This document shows, piece after piece, positions 15,844-23,165 of a DNA stretch of 32,000 nt (within the stretch, counting starts at the first letter, position 1; every line of letters starts with the position of its first letter). The notes beneath the pieces are model-generated. The model was not told where the DNA came from. It was given only the letters and a program-made list of their open reading frames with translations, and made no database searches. The position numbers and the translations under genes were made by a program. The stretch is from NCBI RefSeq assembly GCF_045862395.1, contig NZ_AP023087.1, forward strand, positions 196,744-228,743. Direction: 5' to 3'. The DNA comes from Marinicellulosiphila megalodicopiae. GTDB lineage: Bacteria; Pseudomonadota; Gammaproteobacteria; Pseudomonadales; Natronospirillaceae.

Positions 15844-16652
15844 ATATTCAATATAAAATTTTATCGTGCATTATTTTTCTATTATTTTCATTAACCGGCT
15901 GTACATCGATTAAGCAAAAAAAAGACATGAATGCACAATTAAATGATTTGCCGCAAAGCAGCGCATTACCTGCATTTGATATGCCTGCACCAGTTAAAAA
16001 AACAAAAGATGATTTTGGTGTGCTGGCCATTAAACAAGATGGTCCAGGTTATGAAATTAATTTAGCTCTAGATACAGGTGATGAAAATGTTAGTTTTCAA
16101 ATGGATTTACCGGAGCAATCCTCTGCAAGCAAAAAACTTGCGCAACAGGATAATTCACAGTTACCTAAAACCGCAATAACAAAAATAAAAAATGACGAAC
16201 TTGATGGTTTTATCGATCCGATGACTTCAACTGATTCTGTTGAAAAAACAAAAGTGATGCCTAACAATATTACCTCAACACAGCAAGCAAAAATAGACAG
16301 TGCTTTTACTGGAAACACACCTGAAAACAATGTCAGTAATCCAAACAACAGTAACCTAAACAACAGTAGCCAAAACAATAGTAACCCAAAAAACAATGGG
16401 CCAAGTGCCAATGATTATTTAGTGTCTGCACAAACGCAATTTTATGAAGACAATTATATGGGCGCGTTAACGGATATTGAACAGGCTATTTTACAAGACG
16501 ATACTCAAGCATTGTCCTATGCAATTAAGGGTTCTATTTTATACAAGCTTGGCAACAAAAACGCAGCAAAAATCGCATGGCAAAAAGCGTTAAAGTTGAA
16601 TCCAAAATTATCATCAGTTGAATTAAGTCTGCAATATTTAGTAGGGCAATAA
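15840..16652 (+). CDS. TPR-repeat lipoprotein with Asn/Ser-rich linker
   Basis: TTG start overlapping the upstream stop (TTGA at 15840-15843). Lipobox FSLTGC. Low-complexity middle part. C-terminal TPR-like repeats (YEDNYMGALTDIEQAILQD..., GNKNAAKIAWQKALKLNPK). Confidence 0.65.
   Translation: MNIQYKILSCIIFLLFSLTGCTSIKQKKDMNAQLNDLPQSSALPAFDMPAPVKKTKDDFGVLAIKQDGPGYEINLALDTGDENVSFQMDLPEQSSASKKLAQQDNSQLPKTAITKIKNDELDGFIDPMTSTDSVEKTKVMPNNITSTQQAKIDSAFTGNTPENNVSNPNNSNLNNSSQNNSNPKNNGPSANDYLVSAQTQFYEDNYMGALTDIEQAILQDDTQALSYAIKGSILYKLGNKNAAKIAWQKALKLNPKLSSVELSLQYLVGQ
16341..16400 (+). repeat. 15-bp in-frame tandem repeat x4 inside the TPR-lipoprotein gene
   Basis: ccaaacaacagtaac / ctaaacaacagtagc / caaaacaatagtaac / ccaaaaaacaatggg, encoding PNNSN-LNNSS-QNNSN-PKNNG. 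Confidence 0.85.
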
Positions 16653-16653
16653 G

Positions 16654-18585
16654 ATGAAACGGATACCGTTATTAGTAATTGGCGCACTGGGTTTATTTTG
16701 TGTAAACCTCAAAGCAAATGAAATACAGCAATTAGATATTGTTGATCAACTTGAGCACCGTGTTGCAAGAGATGTGGCTGCCTATTTAGGGCACAATCGT
16801 TTTATCGTAAATATTGATGTCGCATTGTCAGCGATTACCTTGCAAAACAATCAAGTAAATTCTTCTCAAAATAATCAAGCAGAAATGGATGCCTATGAAA
16901 ACTTCAGTGAAACCATTTCATCACTTGAAGAAGTTATTCGTGTTTTGGAAAGTCAACAGCCTAAAATCAGTGAAATATCATTACCGGGATTACCCTTTGC
17001 TGCCCCAGAAAAAATTGACATTCCGGAATCGGAAGCACTGACCCTTTTAAATAAAACTATAACGGATTATCAAAACAAAAAACCCATAGCAACCTCAACA
17101 CCCAATAATGTTGCACCCACACTTACAGTATCAGAACAAACAAAAATTGATAATATTTTAGTAACCCTAGTAATTGATGAAACCATCGATGCAGAGCAAT
17201 TAAATTTTGTTAAATTTTTGATTGAAGACAAGTTAAATATCAATCCATTTCGTGGTGATAAAATCAGTGTCTTTCCAACTAAATTTAATTTAGAAACTTT
17301 TGAGCCAACGTTAAATTTAGATGAGCCCCTTGATTTAGACTCACCGATTAATTCTCAATTGAACGAAGATAAAAATACAGCAATGGAGCAGCCAGCATTA
17401 TTTGCATGGAATCAACCATTAACTTGGATATTGCTTGTACTTGTGGTTATGTTTTTAATGATGTTACTACTTTTAATTAGACGCAACCAAGGTGCTACTA
17501 ATTTGCAGTCAAATGCTCAGGCAGACACTGGATCAGTGACAGCATATAGCGACACCCATAAAAAACCTGACAATGTTTATGCTTATTCAGAAAAAATTAA
17601 AAACCTGAAGCAAGATATTATTAGCTCGGGATTGAGTCATCCTGAGCGTACAAGTTTAAGAGTGGATGAATTATTGTTTGAGCCTAATAATCAAGCCATG
17701 CTTGCCTGTGCGTATTTTGTGTTAGGTGGATCATTATTCAGAGGGTTATTTCCAAGCGTATCTCAAGCACAGCTTGTGACAATTTCACAATATCTAGACG
17801 AACAACAATTAGAGGATGAATCCATCGTACAAGAATTAAGTGCGCTGCATTTAATTTTATCTAAGCACAATGACACTAAAAGCACGACTACCACATTAGC
17901 GCCATTTCAATTTTTAAAACGCCTAAATAACAATCAAATTATTTATTTATTGCAAGAAGAAGAGCCAAGAATTAAAGCATTAGTACTTAGTCAGTTACCC
18001 GCGAATCGCGCCGCTGACATCATTCATAAACTCACCCCAGACCAGCAGGGGCAAGTTGCCTTTGAAATAGGTCAGTTTAGTGAATTTCCTATTTCTACCT
18101 TTAAAGATATTGCCCAACGTTTAGCCAAAAAATCATTAAATGTCCCAAGTTTTGAAAATCTCAATACCGATGGAACAAGTTTGATGATTGATTTATTAGA
18201 CAACATGAAAAATGAAAATGAACATCAATTTTTACAACAACTTAAAAATCAATCGCCTGAAATGTATTATCGTATTCGACAAATTTATTTTACTTTTGAA
18301 GACATTAAACGCACGCCTACTACTACATTAAAAGATGCTTTTGTAGATTTAGATCGCAAACAATTAGCGTTTGCATTAATGGGTGTGGATGAAACGTTAC
18401 TGCAACATTGTTTAGATTCCATGCCAAACAAATTAAAACAAGCCGTTAAAGATGAAATTGAATTCAGTGATGTAAAACCAAGTACCGATATGATTGAATC
18501 TGCTCGCAAACATATTGTTAAACATATTCGTGCATTAATTGAACTTGGTAAAATCAATATGCAAGACTTAGCCACGCTAGAATAA
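16654..18585 (+). CDS. bitopic membrane protein: FliF-C-terminal-like periplasmic region + TM + full FliG-like (N/M/C) cytoplasmic region
   Basis: 643 aa. Signal/anchor MKRIPLLVIGALGLFCV. Periplasmic aa 24-255 has LEHRVARDVAAYLGHNRFIVNIDVAL and ILVTLVIDETIDAEQLNFVKFLIEDKLNINPFRGDKISVFPTKF, the same pattern as the FliF segment before TM2 (..VAVVV...RGD..V....F). TM is LTWILLVLVVMFLMMLLLLI (aa 256-275). Cytoplasmic aa ~320-643 aligns by eye with FliG: LQEEEPRIKALVLSQLPANRAADIIHKLTPDQQGQVAFEIGQF (FliG_M) and YFTFEDIKRTPTTTLKDAFVDLDRKQLAFALMGVDETLLQHCLDSMPNKLKQAVKDEIEFSDVKPSTDMIESARKHIVKHIRALIELGKI (FliG_C). Confidence 0.7.
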   Translation: MKRIPLLVIGALGLFCVNLKANEIQQLDIVDQLEHRVARDVAAYLGHNRFIVNIDVALSAITLQNNQVNSSQNNQAEMDAYENFSETISSLEEVIRVLESQQPKISEISLPGLPFAAPEKIDIPESEALTLLNKTITDYQNKKPIATSTPNNVAPTLTVSEQTKIDNILVTLVIDETIDAEQLNFVKFLIEDKLNINPFRGDKISVFPTKFNLETFEPTLNLDEPLDLDSPINSQLNEDKNTAMEQPALFAWNQPLTWILLVLVVMFLMMLLLLIRRNQGATNLQSNAQADTGSVTAYSDTHKKPDNVYAYSEKIKNLKQDIISSGLSHPERTSLRVDELLFEPNNQAMLACAYFVLGGSLFRGLFPSVSQAQLVTISQYLDEQQLEDESIVQELSALHLILSKHNDTKSTTTTLAPFQFLKRLNNNQIIYLLQEEEPRIKALVLSQLPANRAADIIHKLTPDQQGQVAFEIGQFSEFPISTFKDIAQRLAKKSLNVPSFENLNTDGTSLMIDLLDNMKNENEHQFLQQLKNQSPEMYYRIRQIYFTFEDIKRTPTTTLKDAFVDLDRKQLAFALMGVDETLLQHCLDSMPNKLKQAVKDEIEFSDVKPSTDMIESARKHIVKHIRALIELGKINMQDLATLE

Positions 18586-18599
18586 TAAAGAGAAAAAAC

Positions 18600-19412
18600 A
18601 TGCCTTTTATAAGTACAGTTATTGGATTTGTTGGTGCTTCGTTATTATTTATATTTGCTATTACATCAAGTACCGATTCCTACTCAATGTTCTTAAGTCC
18701 ATCCAGTTTTTTATTAGTACTTGGGGGGACATTGGCAGCAAGTATTATTTCATTTAATTTATTTGATGTATTAAAAGCATTAGGGGCAATATTTAAAACA
18801 CTTTCAAATGACAAGGACACCAATCAAGTATTAAATAAAGATGTTAAAAAAATAATTGATTGGAGCAAAGTGTATCGAAAAAAAGGGTTGGGTAGTTGGA
18901 TTGACTCATTATCAAGCAAAGATCAAAAAGATAAATTTTTAAATTATTGTTTTGAAATGGTGCAAACTGGATATGAGCAAGAGGAATTACGTTATTTAAT
19001 TTCAGCAAGAATAGAGGCTGATTTTACGCGCAAAGCCCAGCCTGCAAAAATATTACAAACCATGGCAAGTTACGCTCCAGGCTTTGGTATGGTTGGCACT
19101 ATTATCGGCTTAATTATTATGCTTGATACGATGGGTGGCGATATTTCTGCATTAGGTAAAGGCTTGGCCTTAGCGTTAATTACCACGCTATATGGTGTAC
19201 TTTTAGGACAGCTAGTATTTAAACCCTGTGCTACCCATTTATTTAATAAAGTAGAAGGAGAATATTTTAGGCATCAAATTATTTTGGAAGGTATTATTTG
19301 TATTTTACAAAAACGCGATTCTATTGCGATTCAAGATCATATTAACGCTCTGTTGCGCCCTAAAGCCTATTATCAATTAAGCAATGAAAAAGAAGGAAAG
19401 TCCGATAAATAA
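18600..19412 (+). CDS. MotA/PomA-family proton-channel stator subunit
   Basis: 270 aa, 4-TM layout with a large cytoplasmic loop. Conserved YAPGFGMVGTIIGLIIML and GLALALITTLYGVLLGQLVFKPCA, including both MotA-type prolines. Confidence 0.85.
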   Translation: MPFISTVIGFVGASLLFIFAITSSTDSYSMFLSPSSFLLVLGGTLAASIISFNLFDVLKALGAIFKTLSNDKDTNQVLNKDVKKIIDWSKVYRKKGLGSWIDSLSSKDQKDKFLNYCFEMVQTGYEQEELRYLISARIEADFTRKAQPAKILQTMASYAPGFGMVGTIIGLIIMLDTMGGDISALGKGLALALITTLYGVLLGQLVFKPCATHLFNKVEGEYFRHQIILEGIICILQKRDSIAIQDHINALLRPKAYYQLSNEKEGKSDK

Positions 19413-20076
19413 ATCAAAACCAACAGCAATGCGCAGACGACCTCGCGCAGCAGACAATGGCGATGATTGGTTATTAACTTATGCCGATGTGATTACACTG
19501 CTGCTTGCTTTTTTTGTAATGTTGTTAACCATCACCGATGTAAACGAAGGAAAAATGGAAGCGTTAAAAGAAGCGCTCTCTGAAAATATTACCAAGGGAG
19601 AAGTCAATACACCGTTAAAAGATATTGAAACCATGGTAGAAAATGCATTTGCTCTTAAAGGTGCGTCTGAATTTACAGAAGTAGAAATCAATCAGGATGG
19701 AATCAGCATAGAGTTAAATAATGTTTTAATGTATCCATCTGGTCAAGCGACTTTATCGGGTAATGCTTTAGATATTATTGAATCTTTAGGTCGTTCAATA
19801 CAGCCTTATATAAAAGATCATTATGAAATTTGGATTGAAGGACACACAGATGATATCCCTATTCATACTGAAAAGTTTGATTCAAACTGGGAATTAAGCT
19901 CAATAAGAGCGATTAATATTGTGCAAGCATTATTAGCCCAAGGTATTGATGCGAATCAATTAGTTGCGGTAGGGTTTGCAGATTCGCGACCTAAGAAAAC
20001 GGACTTGGTTTTAACGCAGCAGGAACAACGTAATATGAATCGCCGAGTGGTGATTCATATTAAGCGGGTTTATTAA
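19384..20076 (+). CDS. MotB-family stator subunit with OmpA-like peptidoglycan-binding domain
   Basis: DDWLLTYADVITLLLAFFVMLL (single TM with the invariant Asp, D35). C-terminal OmpA-like region GHTDDIPI...SNWELSSIRAINIVQAL...GFADSRP...NRRVVIHI. The start may instead be ATG 19429 (MRRRPR...), 16 nt after the MotA-like stop. Confidence 0.85.
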   Translation: MKKKESPINKSKPTAMRRRPRAADNGDDWLLTYADVITLLLAFFVMLLTITDVNEGKMEALKEALSENITKGEVNTPLKDIETMVENAFALKGASEFTEVEINQDGISIELNNVLMYPSGQATLSGNALDIIESLGRSIQPYIKDHYEIWIEGHTDDIPIHTEKFDSNWELSSIRAINIVQALLAQGIDANQLVAVGFADSRPKKTDLVLTQQEQRNMNRRVVIHIKRVY

Positions 20077-20079
20077 TAT

Positions 20080-22947
20080 TTATTGAGTGATTTTATTTAA
20101 TTCAATGACACCTGCATTAAGTTTTAATTGATATTGCACTGAAATATTATTTTCATCACTTGAAACGCTTACAGTATATTCACCATCTTGTTTGAACTGA
20201 TGCATCATAGTTAAAGTTGCGTCTGTATGATATCCATCACCAAAATCCCAATGTAAGGTTTTCACTTGCGAACTTGTGCACTGCTGATTTGAAATAATGT
20301 TTGCCATTGCTGAAAACTGAATTGTATTTGGATTTAATTCATCGTAAGAACTTTGTAATGAAATCGAATTAAATTGTGCATTGCAATTTTGGGTTAGTTG
20401 TTCGTCAGAAATGACTATGCTGGTTAAATTTTCCCAATCACCATACTGAGAATAAGTAATGTTATACGTACCCGGTTGGCTGTAGATATGTGTAAGTGAG
20501 CCAGTATTATAATATTGGTCAATACTTTCATCACCAAATGAAATCGTCAAATTGTCCGTTTGACTTGAGCATATTGATTCTCTTACAAATACATTTAAAT
20601 TCACTTGATTATTAATTTGTGAAATGAATTCTGCTTCAACTGGATTTATTGCCTGGCAATTAGAGACTGTAAATAATTCAGGCAATATCGAAACAACAAA
20701 TTCATCATTTAATTTGATGTCATAGTATTTTGAAGCATTGGCAAATTGATGAGTTAAATAATCTGTATTAAATTCGAATGCAGCACTGCCATTATCTAAA
20801 TCCAAAATTGGTCGAGTGCTGTATGCATAATTACAAATTTCAGAATTTTTAGCAGTTAAATCAAAAATAAATGTGTTATATGTATTTGTATCCACCCTAT
20901 AATTTAATTCCCAGTCACATTGTACAAAATCATCTGATAATGGTTCATTTAATTCAAAATTAGTTTGTCTAATTAATTCTAATGTAGATTCATTATCACT
21001 AATGATAATTTTATATTTTGATTCTAAATCCCCTGTTGCTGTATTTGCAGTAACAATATAATTGCCATTACGCAAATAGGTATGTGAAATACTTCCACCA
21101 GTTTTTGCTAGATATCCATCACCCATGTCCCAATATACTGTGTTTAGCGAACTCAAGGTGCAGCCATCTTCATTTAACTTCATTATTTCAGCATTTAAAT
21201 TAACGCTGTTGTTACCTTTTATAGATTGCATTAATGTGACGTTAATGAATTCAGAAAAATCCGCACATGAAAATTCAAGATCACTTTGATCAATCGTCAC
21301 GGTATAAATATCATCTGAATTACTGTTATCGCCAGTTGAATTGTAATTATTTAATGACTGTCCATCAAATTTAATTTGATAAACGCCAGCTTCTGAAAAT
21401 ACATGTTCGATTAATCCTTGTGAATAATAAGAAGGTGCACCATCTCCAAAATCTATTTCAACTAGACTACCATTATTGCTTTTACAGCCAATGTAGATGT
21501 CATCGTTATAATTTAGTGTTAATTTATTTTTATTTAATGAAATCACTTCAATTAAACTAGAAGTATATAGGCATCCAGTATCTGTCGATATGGATGTATT
21601 TCCTAGAGTTGTATACACAATTTCATTATTCAATTTTATGTCGTAATTTAAATCTGGATTTTCATAGATATATTTGACGTAATCCGTTTCTACAGAAAAA
21701 GGTTCACTTGAATCACCCATGTCAATGATAGGGCGAATAATATTTTGCATATCACAAGTGTCTGGATTTGTAACATCAACTGCTAAAATCATAATATTAT
21801 AGGAGTCATTTGCTAAAGAAACATCAAAATGACATGCATCAAAATTACCTGAATCAATTTGATGTTGCCCAATTAGTTTTGATTTAAATTCATCCTGTTC
21901 AAAAGTAATTTCATATATTTTCTCGATATTATTTTCGGGGGTTCTAAGCGTAACAATATACGTTTTATTTTGTTTAAATTCATGAATGATCGAACCATCA
22001 AAATTTGAATCTACATATGTTTTAGTGTTTCTTCCATCTCCAAAATTCCATTCAAAATATTTTACATCTGATTGTGTGCATTTGTCTGCTGAAAGCATTG
22101 TTCCTTTTGGAATAAAATTAATTTGTTTATTATTATTTTCATCAACTACAAATGTCAATTGAGTAATTGGTATTTCCCCATCACACTGATTAATTAAATC
22201 GTCTGCAGAAATATTAACTAACAACTCTTCATTATCTTGATATTGCTCGTATCCAGGTGGAACGAAATTATTAAAATTAGCCAACGATAAGCTATTAAAT
22301 GTAATGTCGTTATATTCGCCGATATCGGAAAAAATATGTTTTATTTTTCCTTGGTTGTAAACTTCGGGCTGGCTACCATCATTAAAATCGATTAAGACTT
22401 GGGCTGAATTATGCTCGCAACTATAATATCCTTCATAGCCATAATTTAAAATTAATACATTATCTATAATAGACTCAATGCTGATTTTCTCTGGAGAACT
22501 AATTGAGCAAGAAGTAATTGAACCTGCATCTCCATATATAGTCAGCGCTAATTCGTTATTTAATTTAATGTCGTATTCCATAAAGGATTTTTCATATTCA
22601 TAAGTAACATAATCGCCTTCCACAACAAATGGGGCGCTTCCATCGCCCATGTCTATAGTTGGTTTTTGCAGATTAGTTTGATCGCATGTAGCTTCATTTA
22701 ATAATGACACTGACAAAATAACAGAATTGTAATCGTAAATTTTCTTTACGGTCCAAATGCACTGATCTGGATCTATCACGACTAATTCAGTTTCGATGGA
22801 ATCACTTGATTCAGTTTCTGTATTTGTTTCAATACCAGATTCCGTATTAGTATCCAATTCTGAGTCGGTGGAATTATTCGCTTCAACCAAGTTATCTAAA
22901 CAAGACGAAAGTAATAGCGTAACAAAAAATAGGTTTAAAGTTTTCAT
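20080..22947 (-). CDS. 955-aa lipoprotein made of nine PKD-like domains (3 super-repeats of 3)
   Basis: Lipobox LLLSSC, then an acidic Thr/Glu linker. Recurrent PKD hallmarks are WNFGDGRNT, WDMGDGY, WDFGDGY, IDFGDGAP and IDMGDGSAPF. Three ~300-aa super-repeats each begin with a C-x-W/F...C pair. SD GAGGGA upstream. Confidence 0.8.
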   Translation of the reverse strand: MKTLNLFFVTLLLSSCLDNLVEANNSTDSELDTNTESGIETNTETESSDSIETELVVIDPDQCIWTVKKIYDYNSVILSVSLLNEATCDQTNLQKPTIDMGDGSAPFVVEGDYVTYEYEKSFMEYDIKLNNELALTIYGDAGSITSCSISSPEKISIESIIDNVLILNYGYEGYYSCEHNSAQVLIDFNDGSQPEVYNQGKIKHIFSDIGEYNDITFNSLSLANFNNFVPPGYEQYQDNEELLVNISADDLINQCDGEIPITQLTFVVDENNNKQINFIPKGTMLSADKCTQSDVKYFEWNFGDGRNTKTYVDSNFDGSIIHEFKQNKTYIVTLRTPENNIEKIYEITFEQDEFKSKLIGQHQIDSGNFDACHFDVSLANDSYNIMILAVDVTNPDTCDMQNIIRPIIDMGDSSEPFSVETDYVKYIYENPDLNYDIKLNNEIVYTTLGNTSISTDTGCLYTSSLIEVISLNKNKLTLNYNDDIYIGCKSNNGSLVEIDFGDGAPSYYSQGLIEHVFSEAGVYQIKFDGQSLNNYNSTGDNSNSDDIYTVTIDQSDLEFSCADFSEFINVTLMQSIKGNNSVNLNAEIMKLNEDGCTLSSLNTVYWDMGDGYLAKTGGSISHTYLRNGNYIVTANTATGDLESKYKIIISDNESTLELIRQTNFELNEPLSDDFVQCDWELNYRVDTNTYNTFIFDLTAKNSEICNYAYSTRPILDLDNGSAAFEFNTDYLTHQFANASKYYDIKLNDEFVVSILPELFTVSNCQAINPVEAEFISQINNQVNLNVFVRESICSSQTDNLTISFGDESIDQYYNTGSLTHIYSQPGTYNITYSQYGDWENLTSIVISDEQLTQNCNAQFNSISLQSSYDELNPNTIQFSAMANIISNQQCTSSQVKTLHWDFGDGYHTDATLTMMHQFKQDGEYTVSVSSDENNISVQYQLKLNAGVIELNKITQ

Positions 22948-23165
22948 GTATCCCTCTTAAATAATTTTATATCACCCTATAATACTCTATTTTGGATTTC
23001 ATCCTAAAGCATTGTTTTAATTTTGTAGATGCATTGTTCACAAAATATTGATTATTATCCTCAATAGCCGCGATTCTAAGAAATTTACCTATTTTTAAAT
23101 CTAAGTTATAGTGTTGCTAACTTATTAATCAATCAACCAATTTAATTGTTAAAAGGTAATCACTT

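Noticed and set aside
16097-19691. Minus-strand ORFs 16097..16411, 18285..18575 and 19479..19691
   Set aside because: They are shadow ORFs opposite the TPR-lipoprotein, FliG-like and MotB-like genes, driven by repeats or composition (for example the LLLF repeats opposite the Asn-rich linker).
18600-20076. Zorya (ZorAB) anti-phage system, Tol-Pal or ExbBD-TonB
   Set aside because: The MotA-like protein is only 270 aa, with no long ZorA C-terminal tail. No ZorC/ZorD, TolA/TolB/Pal or TonB genes are adjacent. The partner gene carries a FliG-like domain, which points to a MotAB-type interaction instead.
14785-20076. Fragment of an ordinary flagellar gene cluster
   Set aside because: There are no rod, hook, ring, export, FliM/N or FlhA/B genes within the 32-kb window, and the FliG-like region is fused to a membrane protein instead of being a free 330-aa FliG. 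A flagellar regulon elsewhere in the genome cannot be excluded from this window.
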